Below are positions 1-13,170 of a stretch of 64,000 bases of DNA, piece after piece; within the stretch, counting starts at the first letter, position 1, and each line of letters opens with the position of its first letter. Location: the NCBI RefSeq assembly GCF_018977255.1, contig NW_024704742.1:116686001-116750000 (forward strand). The letters are read 5' to 3'. The stretch comes from Callorhinchus milii. Taxonomy: Eukaryota. Made by a program: the position numbers and the translations under genes. Under the pieces are notes generated by a model, which had not been told where the DNA came from, searched no databases, and was given only the letters and a program-made list of their open reading frames with translations.

Positions 1-170
1 TGGTGACCCCAGAGTGTGTGCTGGGGTACTGCTGGAGGTTAACCAGCTAAAACCGCAGAGCTTGCCATTGATATTGCTGTCTGGCAAGTTTTCCCGCTGT
101 TGTCTAGCTAGGGCCACCCTACCATTAGGGCTTTGGTTTGCAGGGTTAACAGGAGCTGAGTGGGAAGAAT

Positions 171-492
171 GTGGAGTCCTGTAGCTCAGTGGTTAGAGCA
201 CTCGCTTTGCAAGTGAGAGACCTGAGTTCAATTCCAGGCAGGGCGAAACCTTGGGCAAGTTTCCTTACTCCACACAGAGCCTAATAATAATCCCTCCAAA
301 AAACAAAAACAATAATAAATTGGTCATTTTCAATCTACGACTGTTTGTGGGACATTGCTGTGCGCAATTGGCTGCCGCGTTCGCCCACAAATATACAGTC
401 AATTCACTTTACAGTCTATTCTGTGAAGCGCTTTGGGACGTCCTCCCGACGTGAAAAGCGCTATATCAAATGCAAGGATTATTATTATTATT
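171..492 (+). mobile_element. Young tRNA-derived SINE (short subfamily), full length
   Basis: A box TAGCTCAGTGG (182-192), tRNA-Ala-like anticodon arm ctcgc-tttgcaa-gtgag, B box GAGTTCAATTCC (224-235), (TTA)n tail. Target-site duplication AAGAAT at 165-170 and 493-498. Confidence 0.93.
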
Positions 493-658
493 AAGAATCC
501 CTGCCCCAATGATTGGTCTGCTCTTCTAGCTCCTTCCAATGAGCCAGGCTGGCTCTGCCATCATCAGCAGTGCCCCATGAATACTGTGGACCTGGCTGGC
601 TCAGGAACTGGACTACCGAGCCCTCAATAGAGGGCTGACTCGAATCCGACATTCCATT

Positions 659-977
659 ATAATAATAATAATAATAATCCTTGCATTTGATATAGCGCTT
701 TTCACGTCAGGAGGACGTCCCAAAGCGCTTCACAGAACACACTGTAAAGTGAATTGACTATATTTGTTGGCGAACGCGGCAGCCAATTGCGCACAGCAAT
801 GTCCCACAAACAGTCATGGATTGAAAATGACCAATTTATTATTGTTTTTGGTTTTGGAGGGTTTATTATTAGGCGTGTGGAGTAAGGAAACTTGCCCAAG
901 GTTTCGCCCTGCCTGGAATTGAACTCAGGTCTCTAGCTTGCAAAGCGAGTGCTCAACCACTGAGCTACAGGACTCCA
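659..977 (-). mobile_element. Young tRNA-derived SINE (short subfamily), full length
   Basis: Reverse-complement near-copy of 171-492. Confidence 0.92.
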
Positions 978-3900
978 TTGCCAGGTATGTCACCTTGAAG
1001 CCAGTTCAGCTCCAAGGACAACCCGCTTACCTCCCCTAGGAGAATGGTGTTGGGTCGATGAGGTGCTTCAGGGTCATCTAGGAGTTAGATTTATATAATG
1101 CTGAACTCATGTCTCACGTTAAAATTTCATAAGAAAAGCAAAAATACAAGGAAAATAACAGAGTGTTGAGTAGGTGTCTGGTAACAGCAACCTAGTGGAG
1201 TCAAAAGGGGATTGGAACCAACTTGTGACATATACCCCAACATCACTCCCAGGTCACACAAACCCCTTTTCCAGCTGGGAGTCACCTGTCCAAATGTGAA
1301 CTTCCAGCTCAGGCTTCCAATCATCTGAGTGAAGAGCTTTGAGTCATCCTCCTGACATGAAAGATACTATATAAATGTAAATTGTTGTTGTTGTCCCTCA
1401 GAATCTGAAGATGGATTGTGAAGAAAATGATTTATTTACTGTAAGTATCTTTTGTTGGAATGTGAATTGTCACTGAACATAGCTCTAAGCCTTGCTCCCT
1501 GTACGTAATATATGATCTGGGTGCATTGCTGCAATTCTTGTTCCATATACTTCATTAAAATTGTAATGTACATTTAACAGAAAGAACAAGAAGGAATGCT
1601 CTCCTACTCAATTCTCAGTGTGCATCAAATCACTGGCCTGAGTGATAAGCTTCATGCATCCAGTCAAGTAAATCTGCTTCTGAGGGTGCTTAATCTGTCA
1701 AAAAAGGGGCACATATTGTGTTTACCATTCTTATCTTTATTATTCCTCAGTGAGTGGAATGTGAGCGTTGCAGCAGAAGGTTCAAAGTTTCCTCTAATTA
1801 ATCATTGCTGCCGTCTTCGTCTGAAGGTTTCTGGAATCCCTGTTTTTTTAATGCAATTTGGCCTAACACCCCACTCCCCCCCGGCCACACACGCATATTT
1901 GTTTCTCCTCTGTTACTCATATCCTAATTTTACTTGTGACCACCTTGCCCAAACATACATACCCTTTTTGCACATTATTGTCCCCTCTACTATTGCCCTC
2001 ATCTGCAATTCCTCTACTTTCATGTCCTCTTTCCCTCTGGCTTCTCATAACTTACTCCTTCCTACTTTATTACCCACCAATCTTCTCATCCAGAGGATTT
2101 TTCGGTCTGCCTTATCCCTCTCCTCAGCCATTCACTACAGAATTTGTTTTGGCCAGCCAAGGTGACTGATACACAGAAACCCAGCAACATGCTTAAGGGA
2201 ATCCAAACCAGACTTCTTACATTTCTACATTAATAGTCCAGTCAGCTGTGTAAAACACTTTGAGACATTCTCCTGATGTGAAAGGTGCTATACAAATGTA
2301 AGTGGTTTTGTAATTGTATTGAAATAATTATATTAATCCTTGCATTTCACATAGAGCCTTTCACATCAGGAGGATGTCTGAAAATACTTCACTGTAAAGT
2401 GAAGTGACAATATGTTTTTGAAGGTGAACACAGAAGCCAACAGCAATGTCACACAGACAGCCATGAAGTGAATGACCAATTCCATCTGGGAGATTGTTTG
2501 GCCAGAACACGGGGAGATACTCCCTTCTCTTATCAAACAGTGCCGTGGGATCTTAAACATCTACTTGAGCAGGCAGACGGTTTAACATCCTATCTGAAAG
2601 ACTGCACCTCCAACAATGTGGTACCTCCCAGTACTTTATTGGAATGTCAGCCAAGCCTGTGAATTCAAAATTTTGATGTGATGCTTGAACACGCATTCTT
2701 TTGACTCAGTGACGAGAGTGCTGCCTGGTTGTTGACATATAAGTTGGGTAACTTCTTAGCTGCGAGCTGGCATAGGAGGCTTAGGCAACTAGCAGTCTCA
2801 TGGATGGTTAGCAGTGCAAAGGTGCTATGTGGGCGAACAGGATAAATAAGAAGTTAACCCAAAGTCCTATCTGCTTCTTCTTTGATTGGATGTTAAAGAT
2901 TTCATGGCACCGTTTTCAAGCAAAATGAATAGTTCCGGGTATCCTGGCCAAACCAACAAATCTCCGTACAAAAATTGGAGTTTTTAAAAATATATATATT
3001 TCCAGCTAGCTGGCTCAAGAAAAACATGTCTGTGCCAGTGAGAAAGTGACTGGGCGGTTATCCTTTACACAGTAGTGAGTCACCATTTGCTGGAAAGAGA
3101 AAAACAGAGCAGAGGAAGAATTACTGAAGCTTTATGGTTATGAGATAATTTTTAAACATTTCACAATACTGATAATCATCACAAGGAATGCATCATGAAA
3201 CGTCTCAAATTTCACTCCAATTATGGTATTCACAAATCCTGGCCATTGACAGGTATTAAACATAGCATTCACCAGAGAAACAGCTCTTTACACCAGCTAT
3301 GCAAATAGCACTATTGCTCTTGGCTACTATAAAGGTTCCAAGTTAGAGGTGATTGGAGTTGGAGAACTAGTAAAGCAGCACAGCGTACTTTCAACATTGC
3401 ACTTGTACAAAACTCTGCTTTTCCATTCACTATCATGAGAAGCAGGGGTACCCCCCACTCCTTGTTCAATCCCCATTATTATACTGACAAACCAACACAA
3501 GAAACAAATAAGACTTGATGGGACACATTCAGAGATCACCTATCTACGTTGTACAATGCTGAAAGCACAGACTGGCTGACACCTATACGGAGAATACAGT
3601 TCATGCCTCTCCTACATAGGTGTCAGCTTGGCTCAGTTGATAGTAATCTCAACTCTGAAGCAGAAGGTTCAAGACCTACATCGGGACGTGGAACCCACAC
3701 TGTAGACATTCCAATGAGGTGCGCTGTCTTGTTGGAGGTTCTGAGCATTGGATGAGATATTAAAGCCAGATCCCATCTGCCTGTCCAGGTAGACATTAAA
3801 GATCCCATAACGTTAGATCCTGGATAACAATCTCCAAAAATTGATCATTCACTTCATGGCTATTTGTGGGACATTGCTGTGTGCAAATTGACTGCCATGT

Positions 3901-4029
3901 TCACCCACAAAATACACAAAGTCATATCAATATACAATATACTCTATAATAATCATCATCCTTGCATTTGATATAGCCCATTTATTATGTCGTTGAGACG
4001 TCTCAAAGCGCTTCCCAGAATATTCGGTA

Positions 4030-4404
4030 AATAATAATAATAATAATCCTTGCATTTGATATAGCGCTTTTCACGTCGGGAGGACGTCCCAAAGCATTTC
4101 ACAGAACACACTGTAAAGTGAATTGACTGTATATTTGTGGGCGAACGCGGCAGCCAATTGCGCACAGCAGTGTCCTACAAACAGTCATGGATTGAAGTGA
4201 CCAAATTATAATTTTTTTTTCAAGGGATTATTACCCTCAGAAAGCAATCCACCAATCAACTGACAACCGGGTTCCTACGTATTGCTAGGTAAACAGATGT
4301 GTATGGAGTAAGAAAACTTGCCCAACGTTTCGCCCTGGGCAGGAATCAACCCAGCTCTCTGACTTGCGACACCAGGGCTCTATCCACTGAGCTACAGGAC
4401 TCCA
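4030..4404 (-). mobile_element. tRNA-derived SINE, long subfamily
   Basis: Same head and tail as the short subfamily plus an extra internal segment of about 60 bp (tgtttacctagcaat...ggaacccggttgtc...). Confidence 0.88.
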
Positions 4405-4420
4405 TAATAAATGAATGACT

Positions 4421-4452
4421 ATAATAATAATAATGAATGAATGAATGAATGA

Positions 4453-4540
<88 letters not shown>

Positions 4541-4541
4541 A
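4421..4541. repeat. Compound microsatellite (AAT)n(TGAA)n(GAAA)n
   Basis: Direct reading; explains the spurious FLSF and ERKK ORFs. Confidence 0.97.
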
Positions 4542-5384
4542 CTTGCCTTTTTTTAATAGCATCAAAAAAATATCTCAACCTGTTTCAGTTGTTGACTGTC
4601 AAATACAGTGATTATATTTATAGGCAAAGACAGCAGCCTTTTGGTACACAGTAATAATTCCTCAATAATTGGAAAATGATACGAGTGAACATGTTCTGTT
4701 CTAATTCAGTCAAATGCAGACATAAAATGAACCTGAATAAGTCACTGGCCCCATGAGGAAGAAAGGTAAGATGTGTACATTTGAGTTAACGGGAATCCTA
4801 ATAGAGTAATCACTATAGATCAATAACAATGTTTAAAATGATTAATGTTACACATCAAAAAAAGATATTAATCTGTAACTTGATTCTGTTGTATAGTTCT
4901 ATTATAAAACATAATAAGTAGGTGTTACATTCCACAGGAGGTTGTGAAGTATAAAAATGCCTTAACCTCATACTCTCAAATGATCTGCACTCTCACAAGG
5001 CCTCCTTTCTGTCCTCTTAGGATTTCTAAAGAACACACAAGATAGAAATATAGAAATCTACAGTGCAGAAGGAGGCCATTCGGCCCATCAAGCCTATATC
5101 AGCTCACAGAGCAAGGATTTTGCTTCAATGGCACCACCCCAACTAATCCCCATATCTCTTTAACCCCCTCTTTTTCATATGTCATCCATAGTAATAATTC
5201 TTGCTTTTGATACAGCGCCTTATCACATCATTGAGACGTCTCAAAGGATTTCACAGAAAATACTGCAAAGTGTAGCGACTGTGTATTTTGTGGGCAAACC
5301 ACAGCAGCCAATTGTGCACAGCAGTGTCTCATAAAAAGCCATGGATTGAGTGACGCTTTTTTTAAGGAATTATTAATGCCCATT

Positions 5385-5515
5385 GCACTGATCTGTTTAA
5401 TTCCTCTTGCAGTCTCTTACCATCCTCATCACCATTCACAATACTTCCCAGCTTGGTATCATCTGCAAACTTTGATACCATACCCCTTATATCCAAGTCA
5501 AGGTCATTGATAAAA
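5385..5515 (-). mobile_element. CR1-clade RT fragment
   Basis: [23 protein letters not shown]. Confidence 0.8.
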
Positions 5516-8500
5516 ATGGAAACAAAAATCTCATAAGTGCGTAGACTCAAGTGGTATGGCTGCTCCTTGACACCACAATGCAGATGGGATTTGATGATTG
5601 TTTTGGCACTGTTTAAGAAGAAGCATGTGATTACTTACATTCACTTTCACGTCTAATCAATTATATTTTGTAAAGTGCTTCAAGGCATTTATGGTTTATA
5701 ATAATAATCCTTCCATTTGATTTAGTTTCTAAATGTCAAAAAGCCATTTAGAACACAGACCCTACTGTCTTCCCCTCCCCACCCACTTCACTGCATCAAA
5801 CTGCTTTTAAAATGAGTCTAGTATCCTGGCCTTTGCCACCTTTACTGGCAACCTGTTACAGTCATTGATTGCCCTCTGCATAAAGAAAAACTTCCTGGTA
5901 ACTGTCCTGAAATTGCCGTTTACAATTCTAAACCTATGTCCTCTTGTCTACTGCTATGACACACCCTAAAGTACAGATCTGGGTTTACTTTTTCAATCTT
6001 CATTTGGAAGTAGGTTCTTTATAAGAACGACAGGAAAACAGATTCCAAATGAAGACTGAATTTAAGAATACTCCACAATTTTTCTGAACGTTCTAAAATG
6101 TTAAGACAAAATGGTTCAAGCCTCGGAACTCGAAGATTAAAGGACGAAAAGTGTTATTCCCTCGTTCCAAAAAAGGAATGAGCCATGACTCTTATACACA
6201 AGTTAGGCTAACTTTGTAGTGGTGAAAATGCTTGAAAACATTGTATGTGATTTTAGCAATGTTCATCTAAGAAGGCTACAAGGAGAATGAGAGTGAATTT
6301 AAAAGCAATTGGTCATGCCTCATGAATCTACTGGAATTTTTTCAGGAGGTGATTAAGGTGGTGTACGAGAGCTATCCAATGGATATAATGCATCATCTGA
6401 ATGGGCTCATTCTGCGAGGTAAACATTTACATTTCTGCCGCTTTCTCCATTACTCTGCATCCAACCCCGACTGTGTAAAGCACTTTGAGATGTTAATTTG
6501 TTGTGCTGTATGAATTCAAGCGGTTGTTGGTAATATTGGCAGCACATAGGAAGTGATGTCAGCAATGACCTGATACCCAGGAAATCAGACATGTTTTAAA
6601 CATGTGAGAAGTCATTACTCTGCTAGTAAAACACTTTAAGAGGTCCTGATAGGTGCTATATTAAATGCAAGCAATATTAGGATTATTATTATTATGTACA
6701 GGATAGGAAGAATAAAAAGTTCCTGAGAACAACTGGAAGCAGAACCAATGGGAAACAGCCTTGCGCTTTATTCATATTGTTTTGTTCCAGTCCTGCAAGT
6801 CAGAAGTCAATTTTACTTGGTGGCAATAAGCTTTTACGTTTGCATCAAGGTTAATTTGCTTGCCATGTTCTCTCTTTCTGTTCCCTCATGCTGAGCACAA
6901 TGACTCAGGTAGGATATGGTTCATGGGTCCCAAACACTCTGTAGCACCAAGAATAAATGGACATATTGCGTGTGCAGTGTTATTCAACTACAAAGAGCAG
7001 CAGAGCTGAGACAGATCCTGTTTCATTGGCCACGACATAGGTGCACTTTTCAGTAGGATTCACTAAATATTCGTTGGGATCCAAAGTTAATTTTCCTTTC
7101 TGTAGCCCAGGGGCATGGATGCCAAATATAACACAAAGATGCTACTCTGGCTGCACTCAGCTGCTTACAATTCTCCGATGAGAGGTGTCAGTTTGGTTCA
7201 TTTGGTTGCACTCTCATTCATTTGGTTACAGGTTCCCACCTGACATTTTTAACACACAATCCAGGTCACTGTCGTCCAAGCTTTTGGCTGCTGAGGGCCA
7301 GATGCCCTATTTGAGAAATGTCCACTGCTTTTTATGTTTCCCTTCCAGAAACATAACATAACATTTACGGGTAATGGAGGGAGCGGGTGGGCCAGATGAA
7401 ACGGACGAAGGGAGGGATCAGATGAAATCACCAGTTGGACCATCCAGGTTTAAGCTAACACTCCAATGGACTTACCCAGGAAGCATTGTATTGTTGGATG
7501 TGCTTTCTCTTCAGGTAGCACTCTCTGCCTGTTTGTGAATATCCCATCATTTCCCAGTGTCTTAGTTGACAACCCTCCAAATAACTTGGTCATGGCTCTT
7601 TTTAGGATCTTCTAGCAACATGTTTGCCTAGAAATGCAGAGTTACTACTCTTGACAACAATTACCAGCTTGACGCTATAGGCATTATATCAAATCAATGA
7701 TTATGTTTGAACCGTGAATCTGCTGCTTTGTCTTCTCGTTTGACTTTGTGATTTGCAGGCTTTAACACACAAGAGTATCGAGGGAGCTGACCAGGGATAA
7801 TTATTAATTATTAAACAGCTCCCTAATACATCTTAGCATTTCTAATTGTATTTGTCGTATGGATGGGATAAAAAAAACTGCAGTGTTATTTCCTGTATTT
7901 TTCCACAGTGTAGAGAGGAGATGCATTTTGCTAAGAGGTCAAACACTGATCTATTTTTATCGAGGGTGGCAGGGGGCCAATTTCCTCAAATGAACTGCAG
8001 AATATAATTTCCGCATTCCTCCCAAAATCACCATGAGAGCAACACAATGACAACCACACTGCACAGCTTCTTCTCCACAAGCTATTTCTGCTTCTAACTA
8101 AAAGCATTGAATCCTGCCTTCCAAAATCTCTATAGGAGCTGCAAAAGTGCTTGTATAGAAGTTGGATTAGGAGGATTTTTGCTACTTGAAAGTTAATAGG
8201 ATGTGGAATGCCCTGCTGGGAACATTGGTCAAGGAAGAATCTGTTTTAGCTTTCAAGATGGAAGGAGATAGATATCCAAAAAGGAGCAATTTTCAGGTGT
8301 ATGGGAAAAGGCAGGTAAATGGAACTGAATGGATTGCTCTTTCAAAGACCCAATACAGACACCATGGCAAAAGGCTTTCTTCTGTGTTGTAAATTTCAGT
8401 GGCTCTGTGGATGGTTATGGAAATCAAATTCATATTCATGTAAATCACACAATGGATGAGTCACTGGAAAGGGAGAACTGCATCTTTTCAGTGAATTTAT

Positions 8501-8911
8501 TAGCTAAGGTGTCAGCCTGGCTCAGTTTGTAGCACTCTCACCTCTGTGTCAGAACATTGGGAGTTCAAGCAACATGTTGGATATTTGAGCTCATAGTCTA
8601 GGCTGGCAATACAGTTCACAGCTGGGGCTGGAGCGCTACATTGCTGGAGGTCCACCGGATGCCTCCCCGGTATCCTGTTCAACACTCCCAATATAGGAAA
8701 TTAGTCATTCACTTCATGGGTTTGTGGCACATTGATCTGTTCAAATTGGCTGCCACATTCGCCTACAAATACAGAGTCACTACACTCTACAGTAAATCCT
8801 GTGAAGCGCTTTGAGATGTCTCGACAAAATGATAACATGATTAGACTTTATATTTTATCAGTGCAAGCTGTTGTTGTATATCACATGCCATGATTATTAT
8901 ATATGCCAGGA

Positions 8912-9303
8912 TTATCACCTTCAAGGTCCTCCACGGCCTTGCTCCTTCCTACCTCTGTGATCTGCTAACCCCTTATCAACCTGTCCGCTCCGTCCGCACA
9001 GCGGCTCCGGCCTGCTCCATGTCCCCGGTCGGGCAATCCCACCATCAGCAATTGGGCCTTCAGCCTCTCTACCTCCACCCTTTGGAACTCCATCCCACAT
9101 TCCCTTTGCCACTCCCTCCCTCCCTTGCCTCCTTCAAGGCACGTCTCAAGATCTTCCTCGTTGACCATACCTTCAGCTACCCTCCTGTCCTCTACCCTCC
9201 CTGATCCTAACCACCCCACATCCTCAAATCCCTGACTGTCAAGCACCTTGGGACGTCATTCCGACGTGAAAAGCACTATACAAATGTAATTTTGTATTGT
9301 ATT
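8912..9303 (+). mobile_element. L2 LINE 3' fragment
   Basis: FKVLHGLAPSYLCDLL, 3' end gggacgtcattccgacgtgaaaagcactata and a short repeat tail. Confidence 0.85.
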
Positions 9304-9589
9304 GCACTTGTGTGTTTAACATAAATGACCATGAAATAAAAGGAAGTCCCATTGAATCTCATGATTCTCCTTTAGAAACAAAGGTAGATTTTAAATAATA
9401 CACCACAAAGACCAGAGTCATGCAAATTGCCTTTTGGGTGTGTTCTGAAACCAGAAACTAAACAATGAGCACGGAATACAATCAACATGTAGCCTCAGTT
9501 TTGGAGACTATACAGGTAGCATATACATGTGAAACTCTCAGGCTGATTTGAATAGGCTGCCTGGTCTTTGGCACCTAAGCCATGACCAC

Positions 9590-12400
9590 CATCCCCACTC
9601 GCCATCCCCCCCACCCCTCAGCCCCCCATCCCCTGCACTGACTCCCATAGACCGCAGGCTGATGCTGCCATGCTGATTGCTCGCTTCCAGTCTCTGTACG
9701 TGCGTCTTGGCTTCCACTCCCACCTGAGCTGCTCCCCCTGAAAATCTTCCTGCTCCCAACCCCCACATTCCGTTACTCCCAATCTGTCCTTCTCTCCCAC
9801 CATCCTCCTCACCCTCTCTCTCTTCTGAACCCCACCATTACCTCCCTCTGCTCCAGTCTGGGCATCGTGGCTCCAGGCATTGGTTGCCCAGAACAGCCAC
9901 CCCAATTGTCCCATCGCTCACTCTCTCCGCACCAACCGCCTCCAAAGGGCAAACACCCCTTCCTCCTCCCTCATCCATACCCTCTCCATCTCTCCCTGCT
10001 CCTCAAACTCCATGGTCACTTCTCCCACGTGACCCAAAATCCTTCCTATACCATTCTCCCTATCACCGCCCTCTCATCAGCAAATCTATCCGCATTTCCC
10101 TCCAAAATGTCCACTCCCTCTCCAACAAAGCCCTTACTGTCCATGATCTCATCCTGGATGAGCACATTGATATTCTTGGGCTTACATAAACCTGGCTCTC
10201 CCCTGGTGACCCCGTCCCCTCATTGAAGTCTCCCCTCCTGGCTACACTTTTCACCAGTGGCCCTCATCGCCCAATCTTTCCTTGGTCTATCCCCCTATTT
10301 CTCTAGCTGTTTCTCCTCCTTTGAGCACCTCACCCTCTACCATCCCTCATCTCTTTCCCTCAAAATCCTAGTTTACCACCACCCCCAAACCTCCTGGCTC
10401 CTTCTTCACCATTATCTCCTCTCTCCTCTCATCCCTGTCCCTCTGCACTCAACACCTGCTCATAATGAATGATTTCAACCTCCCCTAAACTCCCCTTGCA
10501 CCACCTCCTTGGATTTCACTGCCCTCCTCTCCTCCCTAAACCTCACCCTCCACATCAACTCACTGACTCAGAACTATGACCATTCCCTCCACCTTGTCAT
10601 CACCCATGGGCCTTGACATTTCCAACCTGTCTCTCCACAATCCACCATCCATCACCTCTGTGCACCCCCTCAAGCCCCCTCTATCCTCACATCAAATGCC
10701 AAGTGCGAAGAGATCCTAGACTTCTTCACCTCAAAAATTGAAAACGTTCACTTGGTTGCATCTTCCTCACGCCATGTTCCCTTCCAACCCACCCAGACTA
10801 TCCACACCACCTTCTCCCTCTGCCATGGCTCCTGCCACTCCTCCCTCTTTATACTCCTTTGCCCCCATTTCTCCCTCCTCCCTCTCAACCACAATCATCC
10901 AGATGAAGTTCACCACCTGTTACCTCGAACCCCGCCCCACACAGCTGCTGGTCACTCAACTCCCCCTTCTCTCCCCCCTGCTGGCCAACATGGTCAACCT
11001 CTCTCCTCTGTTCCCATCCCCCTGAAAACCACTGTCATCACACCTCTCCTTGAAAAACCCACCCTCGATCCCTCTAATCTCTTACACTAGCATCCCATTT
11101 CCAAACTACCCTTCCTTGCCAAAGTCCTGGAACACATTGTTGCAGGTCAACTTTTGTCACACCTCTCCCTCCACGCCCTCCTCGAGCCCCTGCAGTCTGG
11201 TTTTCGCCCTGCCCACAACACAAAGCCAGCGCTTGTCAAAGTCACAAATGATGTCCTCTCTATCTGTGACCAGGGTTCCCTGTGCCTCCTTGTCCTCCTG
11301 GATCTCTTTACCATGTTTGACACAGTCAACTATGCCATCCTCCTCCATCAGCTTTCCTGCCTCATCTACCTTAGTGGGACCGCACTCTTATGGTTTGTGT
11401 CCTACTTAACCAATCGCCTCCATTTCATCTCAGCAAATGGTTTCTCCTCTTGCCCCCACCCGGTCACCTGCAGGGTACCCCAGGGCTCCAACCTTGGCCC
11501 TCTTCTTTTCCTTATCTATATGCTCCCTCTGGGCGATGTCATCTACAGACACAGGGTAAACTTCCACATGTATGCGGATGAAACACAAATCTACTTTGCC
11601 TCCTCCAGTGCCAACTCCAGGTCCGCCGATGTTCAGCTTCTCTGGCAGACATCAGAGCCGGCATGAGTGCAAACTTCCTGAAGTTGAATGTGGACAAGAC
11701 AGAACCCTTTGTTCCTGCAGATCTAAACTCCTCAACCTCCCTGAGCTCTCCCTCAGACGCACCAGGCGAGTGCGCGATCTAGGCTTCCAGTTCGATCCAG
11801 TCCCTGACCAGGACCACCTTCTTCCACCACCACCACATTGCCCGCCTCCGACCATACCTTACCCCAAATGCAGCCAAAACTCTTGTGCATGCGTTTATCA
11901 GCTCCCACTTGGATTACTCAATCGCACTCCGCGTCGGTCTCCCCAGTTCCACTATTGGAAAGATCCAGCTCATTCAGAAATCTGCCACCCGCATACTTAC
12001 CTGGACCAAACTCCGTACCCACATCTCACCAGTTCTGACCAGGCTCCACTGGCTCCCCATCACAGAACAGATCAATTTCAAGATCCTCACTCTTCAAATC
12101 CATTCAAATCCATTCACTCCTTGGGATCTCCCTACTCTCTGACCTCCTCACTCCCCAATCCACCACCCAGCGCCTCCACTCGACTGGCACCGGCCTCCTG
12201 CTCATCCCTTGCATCCTCTGCCCCACCATTGGAGGTTGCGCTTTCAACCACTTCACCCTGAAACTCTGGAACAGTCTCCCTCATTCCCTCCACTGTGCCC
12301 CCTCTCTCACCTTTTTCAAGTCCTGCCTGAAAACATCCTTTTTGACCGTATTTACAGCCACCTCCCCCCACTTGGCTTGGAATCAGGCTCCAACAACAAC
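9590..12400 (+). mobile_element. L2-clade LINE remnant (endonuclease + RT, frameshifted and internally deleted)
   Basis: APE-like LQNVHSLSNK and DILGLT; RT motifs LQSGFRP, VPQGSNLGP, FHMYADET; C-terminal HISPVLTRLHWLPI; C-rich sense strand. Confidence 0.9.
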
Positions 12401-12519
12401 AACTTGCACTGATAGAGAGCCCTCCATGCAGGGAAGCATCTCAGAATGCTTAACAATGGCGGAGCCTGACTGTTATATACTGTATATACTTTATTTCCAT
12501 TTCCATTAAAGTGTTGAAC

Positions 12520-13170
12520 ATCACCTGACTCCGCCACTGCCTCACCCCTCAGGCTACTGAACCACTTGTTCATGCTTTCATTACCTCCAGGCTCGACTAT
12601 GCAAACGCCCTACTTGTCGCTTTTCCAACTCCTCCCTCCACAGGCTGCAGATCATCCAGAACTTTGTAGCCCATGTCCTCTCCCGTACCAAACTCCGTGA
12701 CCCTATCTCCCCCATTCTCGCCTGACTTCATTGGCTCTCTATTCTTCAGAGGATCCAGTTCAAGATCCTGGTCCTCACCTACAAAACCCTCCATGTCTTT
12801 GCCCCACCCTACCTCTGTGACCTCCTAACCCCCTACCAACCCGCCCGCTCCCTCCGCTCAGCCGGCTCTGGCCTGCTCCACATCCCCTGACCCACCCACC
12901 CCACCATTGGGGGGAGAGCCTTCAGCCACTCTGCCCCCAACCTCTGGAATTCCATTCACCAATCACTCCGCCTCGCCCCCTCCTTAGCCTCCTTCAAGTC
13001 CCACCTCAAAACCCTCCTCTTTGACCATGTCATCGGCCACCCCGCTTCCCCTCCCTTCCCTTCTCCCACCCTGACCCCAGCTCGGTTCTGAAATGCTGTA
13101 CACCGGCCAACGCATTGGGATGTCCTCCCGACGTGAAGGGCACTATACAAATGTAATCTTGTTGTTGTTG
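12520..13170 (+). mobile_element. L2 LINE 3' fragment
   Basis: ORF2 C-terminal homology and tail gggatgtcctcccgacgtgaagggcactatacaaatgtaatc(ttg)n. Confidence 0.88.

Noticed and set aside
172..245. tRNA-Ala(TGC)-like gene
   Set aside because: It is the head of a multi-copy SINE: no proper acceptor stem, followed by SINE body, tail and TSD.
251..454. Recurrent MGKFPYST... ORF (also 702, 25571, 60653) resembling a small gene family
   Set aside because: These are translations of the SINE body from a TTG start; there is no coding signal.
1596..2165. 189-aa plus-strand ORF
   Set aside because: No recognisable domain, pyrimidine-biased composition and no supporting splice structure; likely a chance ORF or decayed repeat.
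4285..4654. FLSF- and ERKK-repeat ORFs
   Set aside because: Translations of the (GAAA)n microsatellite.
11154..11666. Functional reverse transcriptase / retron-like system
   Set aside because: Frameshifted L2 fragment with a mutated YADD motif (YADET); all RT pieces in the window are decayed LINEs.
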